NCBI RefSeq assembly: GCF_006345805.1
Contig: NC_043002.1
Location: forward strand, 6,200,001 to 6,264,000
DNA length: 64,000 nt
Origin: Octopus sinensis
Taxonomy: Eukaryota
Direction of reading: 5' to 3'
Shown here piece after piece: positions 23,342-36,759 of the stretch. The translations under genes and the position numbers were made by a program. Every line of letters begins with the position of its first letter. The first letter of the stretch is position 1. The notes beneath the pieces were generated by a model that saw only the letters and a list, made by a program, of their open reading frames with translations, was not told the origin of the DNA and did no database searches.

Positions 23342-23729
23342 GTGGATGCGCAATGGCCCAGTGGTTAGGGCAGCGGAATCGTGGTCGGAAGATCGCGGTT
23401 TCGATTCACAGACCGGGCGTTGTGTGTGTTTATTGAGCGAAAACACCTAAGGCTCCACGAGGCTCCAGCAGGGGGTGGTGACAACCCCTGTTGTACTCTT
23501 TGGCTCCAACTTTCTCTCACTCTTTCTTCTTGTTTCTTGTCCTCGACTTCCTACGCAACTGCTGAGACTGGATGCACATTCATCCATCCGTCGATGCTCA
23601 CGGTGTCGGGGGTTGACCTGCTTTCTCTTCTGCGGGTCTTACGAATAGCAAAGGACCACGTTTCGGACTTCTCCCATCTTGCGAGCTCTGGGACGAAGAC
23701 CGCTTCGCTCAATAAACAAACAAACAAAC
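23342..23729 (+). mobile_element. tRNA-derived SINE-C (tail type 1), full length, 14-bp TSD
   Basis: A box tggcccagtgg, B box ggtttcgattc; (AAAC)n tail; TSD aaacaacttcagca 23328-23341 and aaacagcttcagca 23730-23743. Confidence 0.9.
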
Positions 23730-24169
23730 AAACAGCTTCAGCAACAAGCAGCTTTCTTTGGGGAAAATGGCTTGCTCTTGTGATGTAAATCGATCTTCCC
23801 AAAACACTGAGAAATGACCAAAACATGTCAGAAGAGAGATCGTAAATAATGGAAACAAACTACTGTCGTAGTCACTAAATTTTCGTGTCTCTCCAAATAT
23901 AGCTGAGTGGACAGAGGCAGTTGTGGAATACACTCAACTTAAAAACATCTTGAAACCAGTTTGTAGAAGCCATTTTAACAAAATCAAGAAAAAAATCCAA
24001 CTGCTGTAAGGTTGAAAGTTATAGACGATGTCGCTAGAGTGCACACGGAATCATGTGATGTTAATTACTAGAATATTAATACCTTCATAGACACAGTTGC
24101 TCTCACTCTTCAAGAACACTTAGGAGAAATCTGCAGTATACATAATAATGAAATTACTAAACAGGAGCA

Positions 24170-25620
24170 ACCTAGAGAGAAAACAGAGCTTGAAGAAAAC
24201 ATCAACAATCTGCGCCGCCATATTGGATGGTTAATCATGGTAATAAAATGAGAAATAATGAGTTTACACCTCGCCAATTACATCAAATGAATAAATAAAC
24301 AAAACTGTATAGTGACTCTTCACACCAAACTCTGAAAGGAAGGTTAATTACTCTAAAACACGAACTCATGGCGCTGAGCGTGAAATCTTCGCTACCGCAG
24401 GCGAATTTTTGAGCGAGCGTGTATAAATCACAAGTTTGTTTCTGACCCATAGGCATTATACAGGGAGATGAGGAAGGGGAATATTACCGTTAAGAAAGCC
24501 CCCTCTCAAGATCTTGAATCATTCTGTTTGAACGAAAAGAGGGATTTCAATCTTAATGCATTGTGGCTAAATGTCGTAAGGAGATAATACTGTACCAACA
24601 TCAATATTAAAGCATATGTAATTGATCCAGAAACTTTCACCATTGCTATAGGCAAACTGCATAAGGAAAAGGTACTTGGAAGAGTCCTAATGATTCGGTA
24701 TTGGTGCAAGAAACTGATATTTTACCGGAAACCATTGATATGTATATTCAAAAGCATTATGGAAGGTCGGATTGACATAACAAATTGGTTTGCTACAGCA
24801 TGGATAAATCCTGTAGCCAAGAAGGAAAACACCGCGTTGGCAGAAAACTATCGGCCCATTGCTTGCCTAAACATTATGTACAAACTATTCCTCCAGGATC
24901 ATTGTGAGTCCAACAACATTGTGACTGTTGAGGAGGCAAAAGGAAAGCTGGGCGTGTGGGGATATTCTCAAAAACTTTTGATAACTAAAGCCGTACTGTC
25001 TGAAGCGAAAAGATACTGTAAGATCCTTGTAACAGCATGGCTTGATTATAGGAAGGTATTCGATTCTATTCTACACTCACGGCTGCTGAAGTGTCTACTT
25101 TTAGCAGCTATGACTGACTCATTGATTACTGTCATCGAGACCTGGGCAACAATTCTAACGCTTGAAGCTGAGATCGTCCCCAAAGTTATAAATATTTCAT
25201 AAGGAATATTCAAAGAGATAATCTTTCTGTAATTCTGTTCGTTTTAAATCGCCATTCCTGCTACTACAAAAATCAAATGGCTACATGCTAAAGTCTGCAA
25301 ATGGTAGAAATATTAATGTAACTCATAATTTCTTTGTGAACGGCGTTAAGATTTATACTGGAAATGTTAACATTATCAAAAAAAAAAAAGCAGTTTGAAT
25401 AAACAACATTTTCAGATGTCAAAGGAATAGACTTTGGCCAAACGAAGTGTTCGCATTTAAATGTTGAGTGTGGAAAATCGGTCCCCCAGGGTCTAAACCT
25501 GAGCATCAATGGTTTCACTGTCTGTCCTGTCCCTTACAAAGGAAGCTATAATTACCTGGGCATTGATGAAAACATAGCATACGAAGGTACTGTGAATAAA
25601 GAAACACATTATCTCAGTTT
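24170..25620 (+). pseudogene. Degenerate R4/Dong-clade (R2 superfamily) non-LTR reverse transcriptase
   Basis: Ordered motifs across frameshifts: INHKFVSDP*ALYREM, IRYWCKKL, ENYRPIACLNIMYKL, TAWLDYRKVFDSILH, GIF/RDNLSVILFVL, THNFFVNGVKIY (decayed FVDDLK), GIDFGQTKC, YNYLGIDE. May extend upstream to about 23100. Confidence 0.85.
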
Positions 25621-25791
25621 TCAAGCATACTCCTGTGCTGCTGGTATTTGAGTTGGAATTTTGTTTAACATAAAGCAAATACTTGACCTACTGTGAAATT
25701 CAATACTCAATTTTTAAGCCAAACTCGCTATTAACCAAAGTATAGTTGTATCCACGTCTTTACTGCTTGCTGGACTTGCAATTATGTCAGT

Positions 25792-25796
<5 letters not shown>

Positions 25797-25880
<84 letters not shown>
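25797..25880. repeat. (GA)n microsatellite
   Basis: Direct reading. Confidence 0.95.
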
Positions 25881-25881
<1 letters not shown>

Positions 25882-26122
25882 CAGACTGACAGTCAGTCAG
25901 GGGAAAGAAGAATCTGTGTACTTCTGGGGAGAGAATTTTTCATTTTTTTTGCTCTGATTTTTCAGTTGAAAAGTTTTTGCTATAGTTGTATTCTTTTTCG
26001 TGCAATGTGCTTTTCTGTTTAACCGAAAAAGATTTCATTTGACTATTGTTGCTCGTGTTGAAGTTAGGAGGCCATCAAGAATTCTTTAAACATTTTTTTT
26101 TTGCTTTTGTATTTCTGATCAG

Positions 26123-26185
26123 CACTTGTCAGACCGACAGAAAGATCTTGAAGACGAGAAGCTGCATAAAACATTAACCGAATAA
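26123..26185 (+). CDS. Candidate terminal coding exon HLSDRQKDLEDEKLHKTLTE*, gene unknown
   Basis: Long pyrimidine tract ttttttttgcttttgtatttctgatcAG, 20 open codons, stop overlapping aataaa; no homology recognised. Confidence 0.25.
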   Translation, partial: HLSDRQKDLEDEKLHKTLTE

Positions 26186-26439
26186 ATTTACTCTAATTCT
26201 AGATTTTACATTGAATACTTTTTGTCTGCTTGTTATAAACAGCGTATAGAAACTAACACACAAATACACACTCTCACAAATCTATTCATGTCTATTAGTT
26301 AAGCATAAAGAGCTGTATTGTCGAGAGAAGTAAAATGTTGTTTTGAAAGGTCCTCAATCTTGTCTCGAGCATTAGCAACGTCAATGCAGCAAAAAAAACC
26401 TTGTGTTTGCTCCCTGTCTCTCACTCCGTTTCCCTTTCC

Positions 26440-26880
26440 ATCCATCTGTCCATCCATCCATCCATCCATCCATCCATCTATCCATCTATCCACCCATCCA
26501 TCCATCCATCCATCCATCCATCCATCAGTCCATCGATCGATCGATCCATCGATCCATCCATTTATCCATCCTTCCATCGATCGATCGATCGATCCATCCA
26601 TCCATTTATCCATCCTTCCATTGATCGATCGATCCATCGATCCATCCATTCATCCATCCATCCATCCATCTATCCATCTATCCACCCATCTATCCATCCA
26701 TCCATCCATCCATCCATCCATCCATCAGTCCATCTATCGATCGATCGATCGATCCATCTATCCATCCATCCATACACTCATAAGTACATCTATCCATCCA
26801 TCTATCCATCCATCCATACACTCATAAGTACATCTATCCATCCATTCCATCCATCCATCCATCCATCCATCCATGTATGC
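26440..26880. repeat. (CATC)n array interspersed with (GATC)n runs
   Basis: Direct reading; internal duplication of atacactcataagtacatctatccatcc. Confidence 0.95.
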
Positions 26881-27160
26881 ATGTATGTATGAATGCATAT
26901 TAAACGATCTTTACATTTAGATATTTATTTCTGAAACATGAAAAATCTGGGAAGAAATGAAACTGTGAGTGTAACGTTCAAGACCATTAGTTAAGGGATT
27001 TGATGACAGGTAACAATCGAAACCTTATTCTTGGATTTACCTGAAACGGAGCCTTCCACGCATATGTAAGTATATATGCATATATATATATATGAAAGAG
27101 AGAGAGAGAGAGAGAGAGAGAGACTGGCAGAGAGACAGACAGGGAAAAGATATTGTAATA

Positions 27161-27192
<32 letters not shown>

Positions 27193-27838
27193 AAGTATAT
27201 ATATATATATGTATGTAATATATTTATATGTATGTATGTTATGTGTATATATATATGAATCTGTATGCATGTGTATGTGTGTGTTTGAGTGTGTCTGTGT
27301 GGGTGTGTCTGTGTGTGTCTGTGTCTGTGTGTGTTGGTCCAGGGGGTGGGGAGACAGAAGAAGAAATAGAGGAAGACATCGATATGAAAATGTTGTGTCG
27401 AGGGAAGCGCTATTTTAATCGCCCTCAAATTAACCAAAGCTTTTCAGATCCCTCCCTTGGCACTAAATCGTGGGTTAAAAACATCAATATAATAATGACG
27501 TACGAGCAGGAATAATAAAATAACAGCAGCGATATCTCGAAATATGATTACATTTATCTAGCGTTGGTTCGGTCAGCCATCAAACATAGATTACAGTTAT
27601 ACGCTTACAAGCACACATTCACTATCGTAAACGACCTCATTCACAAATATAAAGAAAAAAGAAAAAAAAAACAATATAAAAAAAAAACGCAAACACACAT
27701 TCTAAGCATTCATAAAAGCATAGATACACACATACCTACATATACATGCACAGATTCACGTATATAAACGTATATATATTACAAACTCGTCCGCGTGGAT
27801 GCGGCGTGTATACATAAATGCATGCATACATACATACG

Positions 27839-27872
<34 letters not shown>

Positions 27873-28241
27873 CATACATACAAACATACATACATACATG
27901 CATACATATATGCATACATACATACATGCATACATACATACATGCATACATACATACATACAAACATACAAGCATACATACATACATACATACATACATA
28001 CATACATACAAACATACATACATACATACATATATACATACATGCATGCATACATACATGCATGCATACATAGACACACATATATAATTGTAGTTAGACA
28101 CAAACAGATATGTATATATCCATTCATATGCATATAAGTCTTTAGGTATCTATATGCATATATACATAAATTCGAATAATTATACTTACAGACAGACATA
28201 TAAGTAAATGATATATATAATATATATCTATCTATGTATAC

Positions 28242-28279
<38 letters not shown>

Positions 28280-28316
28280 TATATATATATCATACAAACA
28301 CACCACACACACACAC

Positions 28317-28354
<38 letters not shown>

Positions 28355-29081
28355 GTATAATATATATATATATAAACTACTGCTTTACAACTTAGAGTAT
28401 GCTTCCCTTTCGGATTTATGATGTACTTACGATATATATTATATATATAATATATATATAGATATATATATATATTGGAAAGAGAGAGAGAGAGAGGGGG
28501 GAGAGAGATAGTTAGACAGATAGAAATAATACAGATATATAAGTATATATGTATACATGTAAATATATATGTGTGTGCTTGCGCGCGCACGTGTAATAGT
28601 AATATATACAGAGCTTTACCAATATCACCTACTTGGAAGTCCCAGCACATAATCACAAACACTACACTGTACCGATATAATATTAGCGAAAAGATTGCAT
28701 TAATGTTTCCGAAATCACATGCAAGAGCCAAGTGGGTGGAGAGAAACTATAACGCTAAAGTATAATGAACGTAGAATCAATAGAGTGGAAATATCATACG
28801 ATAACAACAAACAAATAGATATATACTATTGAATGAAATAGAACGAGAAAATAGATAGAAATGATTGAGGTTTGATAGTCTTGTGAACCTCTAGATTAAT
28901 GCAATAACCCCCTGAATTTTTACAAGAGAATCGTACATTCATACATGCATAAATATAATATATACACACAGTCCCATACTCACACGCACACATGCACATA
29001 CACATGTATGTGTATGTGCACGTGTGTGCGTGTGTGCGTGTGCGTATGCACTTGTGAATGTGTGTATATACATATATATAT

Positions 29082-29136
<55 letters not shown>

Positions 29137-29139
29137 AAT

Positions 29140-29532
29140 AATTATTATTTGAGGGAATATTATTCCTAATTTACAGGGAAAAATTCAATTTAGAAATACT
29201 AAATCAAATTTCACAAAATATAATATATGTATATATATAAAAATTTGAAAAAACCACCTTTTATCAATTCAAAATGAACAATTGAATTACACCAACTATA
29301 TATATATATATATATATAAAGTTAATCCAAACAAGAAAGCACAAAAAATAAACACAACAACGCGAGGACGTGGAACAAATATAGTATTATTGGACGCTCA
29401 GGAAAGAAGTAAAGAAGGAAGGTCTAACGTTTCAAGCGGAGCTCTTCGTCGGAAACATAGGAGAAGGAAAGATCCAGAGAAGGGAAGACAGAGGGAAAAA
29501 AATCGCCAACGGTACACCCGAGGTCACAACAC
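29140..29532. mobile_element. Family C (29140-29310) directly followed by family X copy 3 (29319-29532)
   Basis: Matches to 7330-7570 (reverse complement) and 7596-7800. Confidence 0.75.
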
Positions 29533-29954
29533 ATATCCATTTATATATATGCGCACGCATATGCCTTCACAAATAGCGCTTTGTTGGGAATTGAGAAGTA
29601 GAGATAAAAATGACTGCCAGGATGGGAGTTGAACAACGCTCTTCTTTCCTGTCAGGTAAATATTTTGCAGTGTCCACGTGCTCATGTTTTGAAGTTTTTG
29701 TTTTAAGTGTACGATAAAATCTGTTCTTTTGTCAACCAAGACGTGTTAACTCTTTATTCCTTTCTTTCTGACAAATTGATTTTTACGTATATTTACCATA
29801 AATTATTTTCTGTTCTTGAATTACGTTGATTAACCTGTAAAATATCTACCTCCAGATAATAAACCAGTTCCTTTCCTGAACAATATATCAGTTTGAGGAA
29901 ACGAATTATGAGCTTTTGTCCCCTTCTGAAGAAGAGGTGGTCATGTTTGCCATT

Positions 29955-30175
29955 TACTCTTACTCTTTTTACTTTATTCAGTCATTTGACTGTGGCCATG
30001 CTGGAGCACCACCTTTAGTCGAGCAAATCGATCCCAGGACGTATTCTTTGTAAGCTTAGTACTTATTCTATCGTTTTCTTTTGCCGAACCGCTAAGTTAC
30101 GGGGACGTAAACGCACCAGCATCAGTTGACAAGCGATGTTGGGGGGACAAACACAGACACACAGACATGCACACA
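29955..30175 (-). mobile_element. SINE-B 3' half
   Basis: tactcttactc...cagtcatttgactgtggccatgctggagcacc...gggacaaacacagac. Confidence 0.85.
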
Positions 30176-30179
30176 AACA

Positions 30180-30261
<82 letters not shown>

Positions 30262-30680
30262 ATATATATATATATGTATATATTTACGGATTCTTGTTTG
30301 GATATTTACCCTCCGGCTGCACCTCTCCTACACACGGATCACAGTTGACTCTACTCTTGATGAGAAATCCTTGCAATACACCTCGACGTCCAAAAAACCT
30401 TTGAACTTTACGTAAAACTGTTATTATTGTCATTACTTTATTTTTATATTTATTTTTATACTTTCTAAACTTTCCACTATTTTTGTGTCTTTCCTTCTGT
30501 CGTCTCTTCTTTCTCTGGATGTCCTTACTCTGTTTTCTCTAGTTTGCACCCGTTATTTTGCCTCCCTCTCCATCCGTTTCTTTTCTCTCCTCATCTTCTC
30601 TTCTCCCTTTCTCCCCACTTTCTATTTGTTCCATCTTCATCGCTTTTATTTTCTTGCATATATTTTCTTCCCCTCACGCC

Positions 30681-31105
30681 ATGATACTGACGTCTGACGG
30701 AAAAAGATACCTGTCCATTTTTTCAAGTTTTGGGTAAAGGTGGGGGCTGAAGTCTAATATAAAGTCCTGCGGTATCAGGTTTTTACACCAACGGTAATTA
30801 TGTGTGGACCCAAGATGGTTCTCCTGTTCATACGGCAAAGAAAGTGCAGAAATTCCGCGAAGACAACTTCGCCGACTTTCGGCCCGGCAACTTCTAGCTT
30901 TCTTCCACCCCAGAATTGGATTATGCCGTATAGGGAAAATTGGAGCACTCTACCAACAGAACTTCGCATCCAAGTCTTGATCATTTAAGGTAAATCCTGA
31001 GGAAAAGGTGGGACAACATGGCTGAGTACTTCATCATGAAGAATAGTGACGCCTTCAGGCAGCGTGTGAAGGCCGTGGTGGACAATGAAGGCAGACAATT
31101 GAATA
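30681..31105 (+). pseudogene. IS630-Tc1-mariner transposase C-terminal fragment, DD37D (maT)-like
   Basis: TSDGKR...KVGAEV*YKVLRYQV, GNYVWTQDGSPVHTAKKVQKF...SSTPELDYAV*GKLE...RKRWDNM...DAFRQRVKAVVDNEG; D-D spacing 34, or 37 if the missing NPL of SPDLNPLD is restored. Confidence 0.85.
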
Positions 31106-31158
31106 AAATGTCTCTTTATACTCCTATAAACTTGTGTTAAAATATTTTTCTCAGATTA

Positions 31159-32281
31159 CACTGGGCAGCGAAAAAAATTTTTGTCATGCTATTTAAACCT
31201 TTTCAGCTGATTTAGGCTACTTTTAGGGTGCTGAATCCGAACCTGATATCAGTTTTCAGACCGTAGTGTAATGTTTTAGTTATTCACAGCATCAGATTTT
31301 CCAACCAATTGATAACATTGACAAAGTATTAGGATATTTGCTTTCGATTTTCTTTCATATACCCATCACTGAAACAAAAATGGGTGCTGATAGCTGATAG
31401 AGGGAAATAGAGGCTGCCTGTTAAATAGCCACACAACATGAGAATTTATGTTACTTTGTTATCGCTATAATTATAGTAAAAGTTCTCCTCACAGTAGGCT
31501 ATTGATACTAGGTTATATAGTAAGCCACTCAGGGTCCCTTTTCTTGTGCTGTTAAAACAAAGTACATCAAATAAGAGCCAGATTATATGAAAAGTAGTTT
31601 AGTAGCAAGTATAATTATCTATTAAATTGATCAATGTTTGAAATTTAGAGATGGAAAAAATTGTTTCGTGGTAACCATAACTTCAGTACATTTTATAATA
31701 ATTTCAATGATTTTTTGAGAAATATATTTTGATGTTTTACAGTAACGTTTACAGTTGATTAATTTTATATTTTAGCTTACTGATAGGCTTCCTTGAGTGC
31801 TGATTTAGGTTATTACTGTATGTATTTATGATGAGCGTAAAAATTTGTGTTAATCACTCGGACAGTTTTGTTACGTGTGTGGAAAATATATGCTAAAAGT
31901 TCAGAGAAATTTTAAAATACAAGCTTTACTTTGGATGCAAAGTTGGGGACCAAGATAAACTGTGGTCGCCTCATGTTTGTTGCAAAAACTGTTGCATAAC
32001 ACTAACCCGACGGCTGAATGGTAAACGGAAAAGTATGCCATTTGCAGTACCAATGATATGGCGCAAACCAACAGACCACTAAAGTAATTGTTATTTCTGC
32101 TTCGTGACGCCTTCAGGTGGCGTGTGAAGGCTGTGTTGGACAATGAAGGTTTCCCAAAAAAGAACAAACCCAAGATTGTTTATCCAGATTGCCCTTCAGC
32201 TTTATAACCAGTTGGTCATGCATATTAACAAATTGGGTTACTTGTCTCACTGAGGTTGGTGAAGTGATGTTAGGACCAGTG
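31159..32281 (+). mobile_element. Chapaev3-like (CMC) DNA transposon remnant; transposase N-terminus at 31831-32219
   Basis: Starts tta|CACTGGG; encodes CVNHSDSF/CYVCG, YFGCKVGDQDKLWSPHVCCKNC, GKRKSMPFAVPMIWRKPTDH*SNCYFC and GFPKKNKPKIVYPDCPSAL*PVGH. The right end (ccagtg|ttc) is tentative. Confidence 0.7.
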
Positions 32282-32461
32282 TTCAGAACCCAATTAAGTT
32301 CGAAATTCCATTAAGTCTGCTCATAATTGTTTTTAATCTATGAAGAAATAGCTAAATCTTCAATGTTTGTGTCAAATATATATATATGTGTGTGTGTATG
32401 TATGTATTTATGTAATATATATATATATTATATATATATATACTTATATGGGTGCACACGC

Positions 32462-32495
<34 letters not shown>

Positions 32496-33095
32496 CCTTT
32501 CCTAATTTGAAAAGTACAACTCAGACACTCACATATACCAAGGTGTGATTTGACGGATATTTGGGGGTAGTAAATAAAAAGGGAGACCCATCACGTAGAA
32601 GCATCTTGTTCCTATTTTAGGCTGCCATGTTGAATATGTGTTACAAGCTGAAAGAATCTTGATTGAGCACTTCCTGTAATGATAAAATAATAAACAGTAT
32701 TTTTATAGCTTTCTTTTAATAAAATGTTTTCATTGACATGAGGCGATTACAAATGTAATTATTTTGCTTACTCTTATGTGTGCCTGTAATTGTGTGTGCG
32801 GATTCCTTTACAGCAGAACTGTTATGAAAGACAGTTAAGGTCGAGCTTATTGCCTTCCTATTTCTGTGACTAATTTGAACGTCTCAATGTTCGTGTACGA
32901 TTGTAAACATTTAGCTTTTAAGTTTTACATCTTTCTTAATTAACTGCGTGCAATACTAGTGTGTATATTTGTATACGTGTCTCCATATATGTTTATATAT
33001 GCACAGACAGACACACACACACGCAAACACACACACACACACATGTATGAGTATATATATGCGTTTATATGTGTGTAAATATATATATATATAGT

Positions 33096-33133
<38 letters not shown>

Positions 33134-33404
33134 CTGTATAATTTACATCTCCAAAATTCCACTTACAAAGCATTGATCGATCTGTCCGAGGCGTTTTGTA
33201 CTGTAAGCGAGCCCTGAACTACGTAATTGCGAAGCGTTGAACATCTGTTATGCTTACAGAAGATGTGGGTTCGCGCCCAATGGGAAGCTTTCAACCTTTT
33301 CTATGTGTAGCCCAAAGGGTCTTAAACCCAATACTCGCACGCTATTTTTGTTATAGCTTTATCTTCTAGTTTTACTGTTAAAAATGATATATACATACGT
33401 GCAT

Positions 33405-33467
<63 letters not shown>

Positions 33468-33476
33468 ATAATAATA

Positions 33477-33511
<35 letters not shown>

Positions 33512-33641
33512 GGGAGTATAGCTCCAAACTTACAGGAAAAATTCAATTTAGTATTAAATCAAATTTCACAGAATAAAATATGAATTACGTCTATCACTGT
33601 TTGAGTTGCATAATAGTGGTTTTAATTCTAATTCATATATA

Positions 33642-33680
<39 letters not shown>

Positions 33681-34395
33681 TACATACATACATACACACA
33701 TACATACAAACATAGAAACATACACACACAGAGTTATATATATATATATGTATATATATGTATATATGTACATTGGCTACCTGTTATTAGCTGCACGATC
33801 TCATTATGCGGTGGAAATAAATTAACTTTAAATACCGGCTGATACAATGTGGAATGCGGTCAGTTGTTTTGTCATGAAAGTCAGAGAGTAATTTGACAAA
33901 AACAAAGAAACGGTCAATAAACACTGAGGTGGGCAGTCTTCACCACTTTATCACTCGATCATCTCAAAATGCTCGATTTTATACTTCACTTTATTTTTCA
34001 TTCTGTTCAGCTATTTCTTCCTTATAATCTGACCAGGAAGACAAGATTGTAATTTTTACTCAATCTGGTTCTTTTTGTCTATTTGTTTATCTCTGTTTTT
34101 TTTTAAAATTTTGATTATAATTCTATTTTGTTTGGCCCTATATCTATGGGTTTAGTTTCGTCTGTAAACTATTCAAAATTTCACATCACTTTATGTATGG
34201 ATTCTCACATTGAGTGAAACGACGGTAGGATGTAACGGAGGACTTACCCCAACAATCACCGGAAGGCGGGCATTTAGCACCTTAGATTTATAATAATGAT
34301 TACACTACATGTGACCAATGTAGTACAGGTGTAAAAGTGTATCGAAACACTTGTAGTGATTTTTAAAACAGAAGTCATTCATCCCACTTTGTATC

Positions 34396-34430
<35 letters not shown>

Positions 34431-34451
34431 TGTGACTGTGTGTGTATATAT

Positions 34452-34640
34452 GTGACCGCATGTGTAACATTGGCGATTTTTTCCTCCATCTTCCCTTCCT
34501 TGGATCTTTCCTTTTCCCATGTTTCTGAAGAAGAGCTCCACTCTAAACGTTAAATCCTCCTTCTTTCTTTCCTTTCCTGAGTGTCCAATAACACTATACT
34601 TGTTCCACGTCCGCGCGTTGTTGTGTTTACATGTTTGGAT
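34452..34640 (+). mobile_element. Repeat family X copy 4
   Basis: Reverse complement of the other copies; motif gttt-CUGAAGA-a-gagc(tcc)actc-UAAACGUU/aaat at 34521-34555. Confidence 0.75.
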
Positions 34641-34682
34641 TAACCATATACATAAATATACATGTATATATATATAATATAT

Positions 34683-34732
<50 letters not shown>

Positions 34733-35254
34733 ATATTATATATATATATATGTGTGTGTGTGGTGTGTGTGTGTGTGTATATATATATGTATGTATGTAT
34801 ACTAGTATTTCGAATTCTTTCTATTTTTACACACTTTTGTATTTCAGTTAATTAATTATACAGGGGCGTTAGAGGCTAATCGGAAATGTTGTCACCAAGT
34901 AAGGACAGTTTCTGTTTGCCAAATTTAACTGCAAGGATTTTGGTTGAATAAAATATATGGTAGAATGCACATGCCGTAGGTGTCGTGCTGTAAGGTCGCC
35001 CATGAAACCACGTGCTTGCGAAGCGAATTTTTTAACCAAACAAAGTTCCAGAGCTTACATTGAGTCGTACTTTTTATTTTATTAATCTCAAAAGGATTTA
35101 AGTCGAACTTTGCGGGATTAGAACTAAATATTGGTTTCAAATCTGGTACAAGGCCGGCAATTTCGGGGGAGGTGGCACGTGGATTACATTGAAATTAGTG
35201 ATCATCTGGACTATATTTTACCAACAACATATATATATATATATATATATAGGA

Positions 35255-35552
35255 GCATTTCGATGACGAGGGTCCCAACTGAAACGAGCAACGGAACATC
35301 TTGCTCGGGTAATTAACGTGTAAGTGACTGAGCATTCCACAGACAGACAAGCGTACCTTTAACGTAGTTCTCAGCGAGATTCAGCATGATACAGAGCGTG
35401 ACAAGGCCGGCCCTTTGAAATACAGTTACTACTCATTTTTGCCAGCTGAGTGGACTGGAGCAACGTGAAATAAAGTATTTTGCTCAAAGATACAACGCGT
35501 CGCCGGGAATCGAACTGACGACCTTACGATCCTGAGCCGAATGCCCTAACCA
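35255..35552 (-). mobile_element. tRNA-derived SINE-D
   Basis: Minus-strand head tggttagggcattcggctc...agttcgattcccgg, CORE-like tgagcaaaatactttatttcacgttgctccagtccactcagctg, tail tatttcaaagggccggccttgtcac... Confidence 0.75.
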
Positions 35553-36084
35553 ACACTGAAAGGATGTAAGGTTGATTTTACCAACACTGAAAGGATGAAA
35601 GTCAAAAGCTACCTCATTAGATTTTAAACTCAGAATTTAAAGTCGTACAAAATGGCGGCGCACTAACGGTTCTGTCAGCTCGCTACTTCAACGTAACTAA
35701 ATAATGCTTTGCAATATTTTGTCCTCTACGGTACACATTCTGTCACCCACACTAGCCCTCGTACCCAAATCATGATAAGTATTGAATATTTCAAGGTAAG
35801 TTCAAAGCCTTACAATTAGGGATCAGGTATAGTAGTCGATCAAATCAATCTAACATTACATGGCCGTTACTTCAATTCTTTTCCTCGGCACAGAAGACAT
35901 TTAAGACAAAGTTAACCACGGATGGTTTCGAACTCAGAATGTATCAAAATATTGTAAGATATTATTTGCATACAAAGATATACCCAGCTTGCCAATCCAC
36001 CACCGATATATCCAAAGCATAATAATAATGATTTCGAACATCTATACGTCAGATAATTTCCAAAATGTAAAACAACACAACAAA

Positions 36085-36088
36085 AACG

Positions 36089-36149
<61 letters not shown>

Positions 36150-36150
36150 A
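36085..36150. repeat. (AAT)n microsatellite
   Basis: Direct reading. Confidence 0.95.
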
Positions 36151-36498
36151 TAACAATACAATAAAAAATTTACAAGAAAAATAATAAATTTTAAGATATA
36201 AAAACATGAAGTTGGTCAACTAAATGAGATGAAACTGAGGCTGCAGTGTTTAACATTCGTGTGTTTGTCTTAGTTGGCGAGTTGTTTGAAGTAGTGCAAT
36301 CAGCTTCAATTAAACACAACTAACCTCTATCTAACATTATTGCTAACAGGTGGAGGAACTTCTGTCAGAGAATCTCAATAGTAAAAAAAAAAAAATAATA
36401 ATAAATAAATAAATAAACATCTCCTGAAATGAATTAAATGAAATGAGTCATGATTGCATAAACAAGAAAGAAAAAACACACACCTACACACAAACTAA

Positions 36499-36530
<32 letters not shown>

Positions 36531-36713
36531 TACAAGCACTCGCGCACACGCACAAGCACACGCACATACGCGTGCGTGCACGAACACATTGAGAGACTAA
36601 GAAATACGCCTATACTCTTATACAGAAGCATGTAACTACATATACACATACGCAAATATACATATATACGTACATATATATATATATATATACATATATA
36701 CATACATATACAT

Positions 36714-36759
<46 letters not shown>

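Noticed and set aside
23343-23420. tRNA gene (also 47612-47690 and 50870-50945)
   Set aside because: A/B boxes continue into SINE bodies with TSDs, and no full cloverleaf is evident
23640-23700. GAAAC-gtg-GUC with a gga/tcc hairpin antisense to the SINE-C tail
   Set aside because: Lacks the CUGANGA core
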